This document shows, piece after piece, positions 23,945 through 32,000 of a DNA stretch of 32,000 nt. The DNA is from Synechococcus sp. A15-28. Its GTDB lineage: Bacteria > Cyanobacteriota > Cyanobacteriia > PCC-6307 > Cyanobiaceae. The notes below the pieces were generated by a model. That model was not told the origin of the DNA and ran no database searches. It saw only the letters and a program-made list of their open reading frames with translations. Within the stretch, counting starts at the first letter, position 1. The number at the start of each line of letters is the position of its first letter. Location of the stretch: NCBI RefSeq assembly GCF_014280175.1, contig NZ_CP047931.1, positions 1,140,001 to 1,172,000 of the forward strand. Reading direction: 5' to 3'. Made by a program: the position numbers and the translations under genes.

Positions 23945-24982
23945 ATGGGGTCCCGTTTCACGCTCCGCTCGTTCCTTGTGATTGCAGGGTTCAGCGCTGT
24001 GGTTGGGGTGAGCGGCAGTGCCGCCAATGGGGCTGACACCATCCGTATCAGTGGCTCCAGCACCGTCTTTCCGATCACCAAGGCCGCGATTCAGGGATAT
24101 CGAACAACAACCAAAGGAAAGTCTGTTGACTTTGACATCAAGGAAACAGGTTCAACAGCAGGCTTCCGCGAATTCTGCAACGGCAATATTCCTCTGGCCA
24201 ACGCATCGCGGCCGATTTCCGGCAAGGAGCTGAAGCGTTGTGCAGACAATGGCATCAACTTCATTGAACTTCCTATTGCCTTTGATGCCATCACTGTGGT
24301 GGTCAACCCGGCGAACAACTGGGCAAGGTCGATGACCGTCAATGAACTCTCCAGGCTGTGGAGTAAAACAGCCCAAGGAACGATCAACCGCTGGAACCAG
24401 GTGAATCTTGATTACCCGGATCGGGCCATCAAGTTGTGTGGTCCGGGCCAGGATTCAGGAACCTTTGACGTCTTCAACAAAACGATCAACGGCTCCAAGA
24501 CCAATTCAAGAACGGATTACCTGGCCAGCGAGGACGATAATGACCTTGTGAAGTGCGTGGCTGATCACCCCCAGGCTCTGGCGTATTTCGACTATGCCTA
24601 CTTCAAAAACAACACGGACAAACTCACAGCCGTCAAAGTCATTAATCCCAAGGACAATGCTGTCTTGCCATCCGTCAAAAGTGTGCAGAATGAAAAATAC
24701 CGACCCTTGTCTCGCCCACTGTTCCTCTACATCAATGATCAGTCCCTGAGAAACAATAAGCCCTTCAGGCAATTCATCAGCTACTACCTGCGCAACATCA
24801 GCACCTTGGTCTCCACGAGCAACTACATCCCCTTGCCAGATTCAACTTATCGCCTTGTTGAATCCAAGAAATATCGCCACATTCTTGGCACAAGTTTTGG
24901 AGGCAATCTGCCCGTGGGCCTCACGATTGGGCAAGCCATTGATCGCAGTTTTGATCAACACAAAACCGAATATCACCGCTGA
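23945..24982 (+). CDS. sphX: Secreted PstS-family phosphate-binding protein (SphX-like), no adjacent permease genes
   Basis: Signal peptide MGSRFTLRSFLVIAGFSAVVGVSGSAANGA. ISGSSTVFPIT, ETGSTAGF and CGPGQDSGTFDVF resemble PBP-like-2/PstS motifs. Sample GC about 46-50%. Confidence 0.75.
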   Translation: MGSRFTLRSFLVIAGFSAVVGVSGSAANGADTIRISGSSTVFPITKAAIQGYRTTTKGKSVDFDIKETGSTAGFREFCNGNIPLANASRPISGKELKRCADNGINFIELPIAFDAITVVVNPANNWARSMTVNELSRLWSKTAQGTINRWNQVNLDYPDRAIKLCGPGQDSGTFDVFNKTINGSKTNSRTDYLASEDDNDLVKCVADHPQALAYFDYAYFKNNTDKLTAVKVINPKDNAVLPSVKSVQNEKYRPLSRPLFLYINDQSLRNNKPFRQFISYYLRNISTLVSTSNYIPLPDSTYRLVESKKYRHILGTSFGGNLPVGLTIGQAIDRSFDQHKTEYHR

Positions 24983-26037
24983 GGCAGAAAACGCCTGAGT
25001 TGGCGGCCATGGAGGGCAGCTCCGGATCGGATGCGCTCAACCTGCTCAGGATCGGCTGGGCAATCCAAAGCGGCTCGCCATTGGCTGAGGAGCCCCTGTT
25101 CGTCAGGCAGCGCATCGAGAGATGTGCAGGGAACCCCCGCCATGGCAGCGGCAGCTTCAACCTTGGGGTCGTAACTCAAGGCCGCCATCGGGCAGAGAGC
25201 AAGACGGGCCAGGATGAGCGCATGGAGGCGCATCGGGATCACCAGGCGAGCCTTGCGAACCGAAGCGAAAACCATCTCCAGCGACGTTGGAACCACCGTG
25301 GTGCTGCGTGACCGGAGATCTGACGACACCACCCCCTGATCGCTGAGCCAATCGAGCAGACCTCCATCCTGATGGCGATGGAACGCCAACCAGCGGATCG
25401 GTGCATCCAGTTCCTCGGCCAGCCCCTGCAGCGCGTTCAGCAACACGGTCCACTCCTGAAGGCCCAGCAGCGGAGACGGACGCCAGCACACCACAATCGA
25501 TTGCCCCCCGGTCCAGGACTGTCGGGGCAATCCCCAGACCGGATCTGGTGCGATCTGCATCGGCAGCTGAGGAGCCCAGCGGCTGGCACGGTCCATCGAC
25601 GCCTGGTCCCGCCAGCTGGCACTGCGGCAGGCAGGGAGCAGCAGGCGCACCAACCTGCGACTGATGGGATGTTGCAACGGGCCCAGCCCCTGTCCCCACA
25701 GCAGCACCGGCCGGCCCTGCAAACGGGCCAGGGCGATGATCACCAAGTAATAGACCAGGCTGCGCAGGCTGGTGCTGTCCTGCAGCAAGCTGCCGCCACC
25801 CAGAACCACGGCGTCGACCCGTCCGATGGATCGCAGCACAGAACGGAGGGAGCGCCGGTTCACTGCTTCAGCATCCGGCGCCAGTGCAGCGAGTGCATCG
25901 GCGTCATGGGCCGTGACCAGCAGGCGACAGGGCTGCGGCATCTCCCGGAGCAGCACCGTCAGCAGGGCGTCATCCCCGAGGTTGTTCTCGCCGTAATAGC
26001 CGCACAGGAGATAGGCCGGAACGGATCTGGCAGCCAA
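24973..26037 (-). CDS. csaB: Polysaccharide pyruvyl transferase CsaB
   Basis: N-terminus LLCGYYGENNLGDDALL and overall PS-pyruvyl-transferase architecture. The start codon is TTG (26037-26035), preceded by GGAGG 8 nt upstream. No in-frame ATG lies before the conserved N-terminus. Confidence 0.8.
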   Translation of the reverse strand: MAARSVPAYLLCGYYGENNLGDDALLTVLLREMPQPCRLLVTAHDADALAALAPDAEAVNRRSLRSVLRSIGRVDAVVLGGGSLLQDSTSLRSLVYYLVIIALARLQGRPVLLWGQGLGPLQHPISRRLVRLLLPACRSASWRDQASMDRASRWAPQLPMQIAPDPVWGLPRQSWTGGQSIVVCWRPSPLLGLQEWTVLLNALQGLAEELDAPIRWLAFHRHQDGGLLDWLSDQGVVSSDLRSRSTTVVPTSLEMVFASVRKARLVIPMRLHALILARLALCPMAALSYDPKVEAAAAMAGVPCTSLDALPDEQGLLSQWRAALDCPADPEQVERIRSGAALHGRQLRRFLPQR

Positions 26038-26097
26038 GGGACTGACCTCCGCGAGGGGGGCTCATTATCAACTGAACCCACTGATTAGGGTGTCGGT

Positions 26098-26376
26098 ATG
26101 CATGCCCTCTCCCTTGGCACCTGGTGGATTCATGTCACCTCGGTGATCGAATGGAGCCTGGCCATCATCCTGATTCAACGTCGAGGATTGAAGTGGTTGG
26201 CCCTGGCCATGGTGCCGGCTTTGATCAGTGCCTTGGCGGCGTGCACCTGGCATCTGTTCGATAACAGCGAGGCCCTGCGCCCTCTGGTGACCCTGCAGGC
26301 GGCGCTCACCCTCATCGGCAACGTCGTCCTGGCGTGGGCGGCATGGGCCCTCCTGCAACGACGGGCAGCAAGCTGA
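26098..26376 (+). CDS. DUF2499 / Ycf49-like small membrane protein (92 aa)
   Basis: MHALSLGTWWIHVTSVIEWSLAIILI... matches the N-terminal pattern I recall for Ycf49-like DUF2499 proteins. Three predicted hydrophobic helices. Confidence 0.7.
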   Translation: MHALSLGTWWIHVTSVIEWSLAIILIQRRGLKWLALAMVPALISALAACTWHLFDNSEALRPLVTLQAALTLIGNVVLAWAAWALLQRRAAS

Positions 26377-26379
26377 GCC

Positions 26380-26676
26380 ATGGACTTTGATCCCGCACCG
26401 CTGTTTGCCCTGTCGCTGCTGCCTTATCTGTTGTTTCTCCGTTGGCTCAAACGCAGTGAGGCCTTGCCCGATCTCGCACTCTGGGGGTTCCGGCTGACGC
26501 TGTTGTTTGTGCTGATGACCATCGGCGCTGCCGTGCTGGCCCTGCGCTGTTGCGATGCGGAACTGGTGGCGGTGGATGTCCTCCATGGCGGAGCGGAAGC
26601 CTTTCTCACCCTGGCCAATGCCGTTTTGGTGATCGGTCTGCTGCGCTCCGAGACCGACAGGGTGAACAACTCTTAA
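26380..26676 (+). CDS. DUF3593-like small membrane protein (98 aa)
   Basis: LFALSLLPYLLFLRWLKRS ... VDVLHGGAEAFLTLANAVLVIGL resembles DUF3593, the usual partner of DUF2499. Starts 3 nt after the previous stop. Confidence 0.65.
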   Translation: MDFDPAPLFALSLLPYLLFLRWLKRSEALPDLALWGFRLTLLFVLMTIGAAVLALRCCDAELVAVDVLHGGAEAFLTLANAVLVIGLLRSETDRVNNS

Positions 26677-26733
26677 GAGGAGAAGACAGAAGACCGCCGA
26701 GCTTGGAAGATAAAGCGTCGCTCACTGGCTTTA

Positions 26734-26991
26734 ATGCTGACCCCTCTCTTCGCCATCGCCCCCGCAACCCTGACCTGGTCTCCGAAGGTTGCGCTGGTGA
26801 TGATTGTCTGCAATGTGATCGCCATTGCCGTGGGCAAGGCCACCATCAAGCACCCCAACGAAGGTGCCGCACTGCCGAACGCCGCCTTCTTCGGTGGCAT
26901 GGGCCACGCCGCTCTGCTCGGAACCACCAGCCTCGGTCACATCATCGGCATCGGTGCCATTCAGGGTCTGGCTGCCCGAGGCGTCCTCTGA
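26734..26991 (+). CDS. psaK: Photosystem I reaction centre subunit PsaK
   Basis: WSPKVALVMIVCNVIAIAVGKATIKHP...AFFGGMGHAALLGTTSLGHIIGIG is a typical PsaK sequence with two TM helices, 85 aa. Confidence 0.92.
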   Translation: MLTPLFAIAPATLTWSPKVALVMIVCNVIAIAVGKATIKHPNEGAALPNAAFFGGMGHAALLGTTSLGHIIGIGAIQGLAARGVL

Positions 26992-27004
26992 GTCGCGTCC
27001 GCGT

Positions 27005-28168
27005 TCAGCGGAGATACGGCAGCAGTCGCCAGCCGTAACGCTCAAACCGATAGGCAAACAACAAACTGGACAGGTCCTCAGCCGAGGCCTGTCCAGACAG
27101 GCCGTGAATGAGTCGCGTCATGCGCCGATCAGCCTCGGCTGAGTTCAGGCCCCACCAGGTGCGCCGTGCCAATCGATTGGACACGGTCCAACGCCAGCCG
27201 AACCGCTGTCGAAGGGCAGCCTGGAATTCCCGGTGGGATCCCCCCGACAACAGACAGTCGCTCAGGACTGAGGCACTGTCGATGGCATGGCGGATTCCCT
27301 CGCCCCCGAGCAGGTTGGCGGTGCTGGCGGCGTCGCCGACGGCCCAGAGCGATCCATCACCAAGGGGTTGAAGCCGATGGATCGTGCTGGCCACGCGGCC
27401 ACCATGGCGATCCAGCACCGGCAGCTGATCCAGGCCACAGCGTTGCAGCAACCGTCGTAGAGCTTCCCCGAGAGGAACCTTGGGGCGATCTGGAGGTGCC
27501 AACCGGCAAACACCCACCTTGAGCCGGTCCTGCGCCATCGGGAACACCCAGCCGTACCCGTGGGGCATCCATTGATGGCCCAGCATGAAACTGACCCGCT
27601 CACGCCAGCGGGCCGTAGTGCTGGAGTCCCCCTGGAGCAGCCATTCCACCCCGTCTCCGCTGAGCAGGGGATCATCCATGGACTCAACGGCGACGCCGGT
27701 CTGCCGCTGCAGATGCCGGCCCGGACCCGTGGCATCCACCACGAGATCGACCGTTCGATGCTGCTCCTCGCCGGCTGAGGACAACATCACCTCGGCGGAC
27801 TGTGACCCCAACCGATCAAGCCTCACCCGGCAACCGTTCAGCAGCTCAACCCCGGTGCGCCGAGCACGGTCCCAGAGATGGGTTCTGAACTTGGCGAAAT
27901 CGAGCACCACCCCCTGTGGCTCAGCGGCCCACCACTGGTGTTCGAGGCCGCTGGGATCCAGCAGCTGCCATCCCCACCAGCTGGCAGAGCGACAGGCCTC
28001 CGGAATCAACAGGCGATCGGCATCGGCGAGGGGAAGCGCTGCGCTGGAGTAAGCGTTGCGTTCAGGAGTCGGCAGCGCATCGGCCACGGTGACGTCCCAG
28101 CCAGCTTCTGCGAGTTGAACGGCCAGGCTTGCGCCAGCCGGTCCGGCTCCGGCAATCAGAACGTGCAC
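27005..28168 (-). CDS. FAD-dependent oxidoreductase (geranylgeranyl-reductase / aromatic-ring hydroxylase-like), function unknown
   Basis: GTG start giving (M)HVLIAGAGPAGASLAVQLAEAGWDVTVAD (GxGxxG Rossmann fold) and a late GDAAS motif (WAVGDAASTANLLGGEGI). 387 aa. Confidence 0.75.
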   Translation of the reverse strand: MHVLIAGAGPAGASLAVQLAEAGWDVTVADALPTPERNAYSSAALPLADADRLLIPEACRSASWWGWQLLDPSGLEHQWWAAEPQGVVLDFAKFRTHLWDRARRTGVELLNGCRVRLDRLGSQSAEVMLSSAGEEQHRTVDLVVDATGPGRHLQRQTGVAVESMDDPLLSGDGVEWLLQGDSSTTARWRERVSFMLGHQWMPHGYGWVFPMAQDRLKVGVCRLAPPDRPKVPLGEALRRLLQRCGLDQLPVLDRHGGRVASTIHRLQPLGDGSLWAVGDAASTANLLGGEGIRHAIDSASVLSDCLLSGGSHREFQAALRQRFGWRWTVSNRLARRTWWGLNSAEADRRMTRLIHGLSGQASAEDLSSLLFAYRFERYGWRLLPYLR

Positions 28169-28186
28169 CGGAGATCAGTGCCCCGC

Positions 28187-30118
28187 TCAGGATTGAACCG
28201 CCGGCAGCGATGAGGCACCGGCAAAGTCACGGCCACTGAGCTCAAACCGGCGGCGGATGCGCTCGGCCATCTGAACCGGAGTCAGTCCGAGCGATTCCTT
28301 GCTCTGCTGCGGTGTGGCGTGATCCACCATCTTGTCCGGAATACCGATGCGCAGGAGCGGCACGCTGATGTCCTGATCGGACAACGACTCGAGCACAGCG
28401 GCGCCGAATCCGCCGGCCAGAGCACCCTCTTCCATCGTCACCACCCGCTGAATCCGCCGAGCCAGCGGATGGATCAAGGCCTGATCCAGAGGGCGCAGGA
28501 AGCGCGCGTTGATCACGGTGGTGGACAGACCTGCTTCCTCCAGCAGCGTGGCGGTGTCCAGGGCAGGGTGAACCATGGAGCCGTAGGCCACGATCAGCAG
28601 ATCGTCACCCTCGCGAAGCAGTTCGCCTCGTCCGATGGGGAGCGATTCCCAGCCTTCCTCCATCAATGGCATGCCAACACCGGATCCTCGGGGGATGCGC
28701 AGGGCGGTGGGTCCGTCGTGGTTGAGACAGGTCACCATCATCCGCTGCAGTTCCGCCTCATCCTTGGGAGCCATCACCGTGAAGTTGGGGATGGAGCGCA
28801 TGTAGCTGATGTCGTACTGGCCCTGATGCGTCGGGCCATCGGCACCGACGATGCCGGCCCGGTCCAGCACGAAGGTCACCGGAAGGTTCTGAATGCCGAC
28901 ATCGTGGATCAACTGGTCATAGGCGCGCTGCAGGAAGGTGCTGTAGATCGCCACGACCGGGCGCAGACCTTCACAGGCCATGCCGGCCGCCAGGGTGACC
29001 GCGTGCTGCTCTGCAATGCCGACATCCACGTATTGCTTCGGAACAGCCTTCTGGAGAAGATCAAGTCCGGTTCCTGTGGCCATGGCCGCGGTGATGCCCA
29101 CCACACGGCTGTTCTGTTCGCAGAGCTTGACCAGCGTCTGGCCAAACACCTTGCTGTAACTGGCAGGTTTCGGCTTCTTCGAGGGAATGGCTTTACCGGT
29201 GCTCAGATCAAAGGCGGACTGAGCGTGGTAACCGACCTGGTCAGCTTCGGCATAGGGGTAACCCTTGCCTTTCTTGGTGACCACATGAACCAGCACAGGA
29301 CCGCCATCCCGGTGGGCGGCCTGGAAAGTCCGCATCATTTCGCCGATGTCATGACCATCGACCGGGCCCATGTACGTGAAGCCCAGCTCCTCAAAGACAG
29401 CCCCGACCTTGGGCACCGCAAGGCGACGCATGCTGCCCTTCAGGCGGGTCAGCTCAGCCGGGAGCTCACCTCCCATGAAGGGCAGATGGCGAACGCTTTC
29501 CTCAACACTGCCGGAGATGAACTGCATCGGCGGACTCAGCCGTGCCCGATTCAGAACGTTGGAGATGGCACCCACCGGGGGTGAAATCGACATGTCGTTG
29601 TCGTTGAGAACCACCAGCAAGGGGGTCTCAGGCAGGTGACCGGCATGGTTGATCGCCTCCAGGGCCATGCCACCGGTAAGGGCACCATCGCCAATCACGG
29701 CAACGCACTTGAAGTCCTCTCCGCGATTGTCCCGGGCCATCGCCATGCCCAGGGCCGCAGAAATCGACGTGCTGGCATGGCCGGCACCGAAATGGTCGAA
29801 GTTGCTCTCAGAGCGCTTGAGATACCCGGCGACGCCGTTCTGCTGGCGCAGGGTGTGGAAGTCGTTGAAACGACCGGTAATCAATTTGTGGGGGTAGGCC
29901 TGGTGCCCGACGTCCCAGATGACCCTGTCCCGGTCGAGATCAAGGGTCTGGTACAGCGCCAGGGTGAGCTCAACGACCCCGAGACCTGGTCCGAGATGAC
30001 CACCGCTGGTGGACACCACCTGGAGGTGACGATCGCGTATCTGACGGGCGACATCCTCAAGCTCGGACAGCCTGAGGCCATGCAGCTCGTTCGGATGCGT
30101 CAGATCTCCGAGATGCAT
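28187..30118 (-). CDS. dxs: 1-deoxy-D-xylulose-5-phosphate synthase
   Basis: [15 protein letters not shown]...[15 protein letters not shown], the [13 protein letters not shown] thiamine-diphosphate motif, and transketolase-like C-terminal domains. ATG 30118 fits cyanobacterial Dxs N-termini better than ATG 30139. Confidence 0.95.
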   Translation of the reverse strand: MHLGDLTHPNELHGLRLSELEDVARQIRDRHLQVVSTSGGHLGPGLGVVELTLALYQTLDLDRDRVIWDVGHQAYPHKLITGRFNDFHTLRQQNGVAGYLKRSESNFDHFGAGHASTSISAALGMAMARDNRGEDFKCVAVIGDGALTGGMALEAINHAGHLPETPLLVVLNDNDMSISPPVGAISNVLNRARLSPPMQFISGSVEESVRHLPFMGGELPAELTRLKGSMRRLAVPKVGAVFEELGFTYMGPVDGHDIGEMMRTFQAAHRDGGPVLVHVVTKKGKGYPYAEADQVGYHAQSAFDLSTGKAIPSKKPKPASYSKVFGQTLVKLCEQNSRVVGITAAMATGTGLDLLQKAVPKQYVDVGIAEQHAVTLAAGMACEGLRPVVAIYSTFLQRAYDQLIHDVGIQNLPVTFVLDRAGIVGADGPTHQGQYDISYMRSIPNFTVMAPKDEAELQRMMVTCLNHDGPTALRIPRGSGVGMPLMEEGWESLPIGRGELLREGDDLLIVAYGSMVHPALDTATLLEEAGLSTTVINARFLRPLDQALIHPLARRIQRVVTMEEGALAGGFGAAVLESLSDQDISVPLLRIGIPDKMVDHATPQQSKESLGLTPVQMAERIRRRFELSGRDFAGASSLPAVQS

Positions 30119-30198
30119 GCACCATGCGCTCCAGTTCATGCAATCTACGGCGTCCGTTCCTTGGAGCCGTTAGCCCTGAACATGGGGAGAATGGAGGG

Positions 30199-31728
30199 AT
30201 GACCGACTATCTCCAGCGGATCCTTCGGGCTCGCGTCTACGACGTCGCGCGGGAGACACCGCTTGACCCCGCCCCCAACCTCAGTCGCCGACTCGGCAAT
30301 GAGGTGCTGCTGAAACGTGAGGACCTTCAACCGGTGTTCTCTTTCAAGCTGCGTGGTGCTTACAACCGCATGGCCCAGCTCACCAAGGAAGAGCTGAGCC
30401 GCGGTGTGATCGCCTCGAGCGCCGGGAACCATGCCCAGGGGGTGGCTCTGAGTGCAGGGAAGCTCGGCTGCCGCGCCGTCATCGTGATGCCGGCCACCAC
30501 TCCCGAAGTGAAGGTGCGCGCTGTCCGTGCCCTGGGGGGGGAGGTGGTGCTCCATGGGGAGACCTATGACGAATGCTCGGCAGAGGCACGAAAGCGTTGC
30601 GCGGAGGAGGGTCTCACCTATATCCACCCATTCGATGACCCCGAAGTGATCGCGGGCCAGGGGACCATTGGCCTGGAGATCATGCGGCAGTGCCAGGAAC
30701 CACCGGATGCCATCTACGTGGCTGTTGGCGGTGGCGGACTGATCGCCGGTATCGGCGCTTACGTCAAACAACTCTGGCCAAGCACCGAAATCATCGGAGT
30801 GGAACCGCTGGATGCGGATGCCATGGCCCAATCCATCGAGAAGGGAGAACGGGTTGAGCTTGAACAGGTGGGACTGTTCGCCGATGGTGTTGCTGTGCGC
30901 AAGGTGGGGGAGCACACCTTTGCCCTGGCGCAGCAGTTCGTGGACCGCATGGTTCGTGTCGATACGGACGCGATCTGTGCCGCCATCAAGGACGTCTTTG
31001 AAGACACCCGTTCCATCCTTGAACCGGCTGGTGCCCTGGCTGTCGCTGGGTTGAAGCAGGACGTGGCCGATCGCCGTTCCAGCAACCGTCGGCTTGTGGC
31101 CGTGGCCTGTGGGGCCAACATGAACTTTGATCGGCTGCGGTTCATCGCCGAACGTTCCGAGCTGGGGGAAAACCGCGAAGCCATGCTGGCGGTGGAAATC
31201 CCTGAGCATCCAGGAAGCCTCAGATCGCTCTGTGATCACCTGCGCCATCGCAGCCTCACTGAATTCAGCTACCGGATGAGTGAGGGCGCATCAGCCCACA
31301 TCTTCATCGGCGTGCAGGTGGACGGGGAGCAGGATCGCCACCAGCTCGTGAATGGCCTCGACCAGCAGGGATTCACGTGCCTCAATCTCAGCGACAACGA
31401 ACTCGCCAAGGTTCATCTGCGTCACATGGTGGGGGGCCGTCTACCCACCGCCTCCAGGACAAGTTGTGCCGGGGACTGCCTGGAACTTCTTTATCGCTTT
31501 GAATTTCCGGAGCGGCCGGGAGCGCTCATGCGTTTCGTCACTGCCCTCAACCCCGGCTGGAGCATCAGCATCTTCCACTACCGCAACCATGGAGCTGACG
31601 TGGGTCGGATCGTGGTGGGCGTGCTTATTCCGGTTGACGAACACTCCCAGTGGACAGCCTTTCTCGAGGAACTTGGCTACCCCCACTGGGACGAAACCGA
31701 CAATCCGGCCTACACCCTGTTCCTCTGA
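30199..31728 (+). CDS. ilvA: Biosynthetic threonine ammonia-lyase (threonine deaminase) with C-terminal regulatory domains
   Basis: The PLP-Lys motif FSFKLRGAYN, then SAGNHAQGVA and GGGGLIAG, followed by two ACT-like repeats. ATG 30199 is preceded by GGAGGG. The track start at 30124 lies in the divergent spacer. Confidence 0.92.
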   Translation: MTDYLQRILRARVYDVARETPLDPAPNLSRRLGNEVLLKREDLQPVFSFKLRGAYNRMAQLTKEELSRGVIASSAGNHAQGVALSAGKLGCRAVIVMPATTPEVKVRAVRALGGEVVLHGETYDECSAEARKRCAEEGLTYIHPFDDPEVIAGQGTIGLEIMRQCQEPPDAIYVAVGGGGLIAGIGAYVKQLWPSTEIIGVEPLDADAMAQSIEKGERVELEQVGLFADGVAVRKVGEHTFALAQQFVDRMVRVDTDAICAAIKDVFEDTRSILEPAGALAVAGLKQDVADRRSSNRRLVAVACGANMNFDRLRFIAERSELGENREAMLAVEIPEHPGSLRSLCDHLRHRSLTEFSYRMSEGASAHIFIGVQVDGEQDRHQLVNGLDQQGFTCLNLSDNELAKVHLRHMVGGRLPTASRTSCAGDCLELLYRFEFPERPGALMRFVTALNPGWSISIFHYRNHGADVGRIVVGVLIPVDEHSQWTAFLEELGYPHWDETDNPAYTLFL

Positions 31729-31767
31729 CGTTGACGGCGATACCTTGGGCCATTGCGGCGGTTCGCG

Positions 31768-32000
31768 ATGTCCACACCGTCTCTTGCGGCCCAGATCGAA
31801 GCCATCCTCTACCTGAAGGGTCGTCCCATCGGTCTCAATGAGCTGTCTGAGCTCGCCCGAGCCGAACCCCAGGCGGTGCAGCAGGCCCTGCTGGCCCTCT
31901 CAGCTGGCTACGCCCAGCGGGATACAGCGCTGGAGATCGTGGACCAGAACGGTCGTTTCGGTCTGCAGCTGCGTCCGGCCCTTGCGGACCTGGTTCAGAA
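31768..32000 (+). CDS. scpB: Segregation and condensation protein B, N-terminal fragment running off the window end
   Basis: Not in the track because it is open-ended. My translation from ATG 31768 reads MSTPSLAAQIEAILYLKGRPIGLNELSELARAEPQAVQQALLALSAGYAQRDTALEIVDQNGRFGLQLRP... This fits the ScpB winged-helix N-terminus. Confidence 0.7.
   Translation, partial: MSTPSLAAQIEAILYLKGRPIGLNELSELARAEPQAVQQALLALSAGYAQRDTALEIVDQNGRFGLQLRPALADLVQ

Noticed and set aside
22870-24081. 403-aa minus-strand ORF covering the end of ggtD, all of ggtA, the spacer, and the first 137 nt of the PstS-like gene
   Set aside because: It is exactly antisense to a gene with unmistakable ABC-ATPase motifs and crosses two real gene boundaries. 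Its translation has no recognisable motif and is rich in A/G/L/Q/R, as expected for the reverse frame of a high-GC gene. Classic shadow ORF.
28319-29584. 421-aa plus-strand ORF antisense to dxs
   Set aside because: It lies fully inside the strongly supported dxs gene on the opposite strand. The translation is low-complexity and H/G/R/A-rich with no motif. In a ~60% GC gene the antisense frames are depleted of stop codons.
30145-31248. 367-aa minus-strand ORF antisense to ilvA
   Set aside because: Same reasoning. ilvA carries the PLP-lysine and Gly-rich motifs on the plus strand. The antisense product has no recognisable domain and would start inside the dxs-ilvA promoter spacer.

Overview
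Gene-dense, high-GC window. Hand counts on 120-nt samples give about 58-65% GC in core genes. The protein set (PsaK, Ycf35/Ycf49-type DUF proteins, a DnaK3/DnaJ3-like pair, GgpS, CsaB, HisZ) points to a marine Synechococcus-type picocyanobacterial chromosome; that assignment is inference. I place 35 protein-coding genes (two cut by the window edges), one tRNA-Ser(GGA), and two face-to-face intrinsic terminators. I also list a few low-confidence regulatory candidates. Most content is core housekeeping: purN, argC, ribBA, cyclophilin, mtnP, murQ, dnaK-dnaJ, hisZ, htpG, rpmB, dxs, ilvA, scpB. There are two nutrient/stress modules: pstCAB, and ggpS plus a CUT1 sugar ABC transporter followed by an orphan PstS-family binding protein. 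By my sample counts these modules are AT-shifted, at about 45-52% GC. I see no CRISPR array, rRNA, transposase/integrase, phage gene, or recognisable defence or toxin-antitoxin gene. I do not see a convincing undescribed multi-gene system. The best leads are modest: (1) an IMPase-family gene packed against hisZ, as a candidate histidinol-phosphate phosphatase; (2) a Pho-box-like repeat in front of the orphan PstS-like gene; (3) a CRP/NtcA-family palindrome in the ggpS leader; (4) a tight dnaK-dnaJ-DUF3110-murQ array; (5) recurrent head-to-head CATG start overlaps and 10-nt tail-to-tail overlaps. The many long ORFs antisense to real genes are treated as high-GC shadow ORFs.
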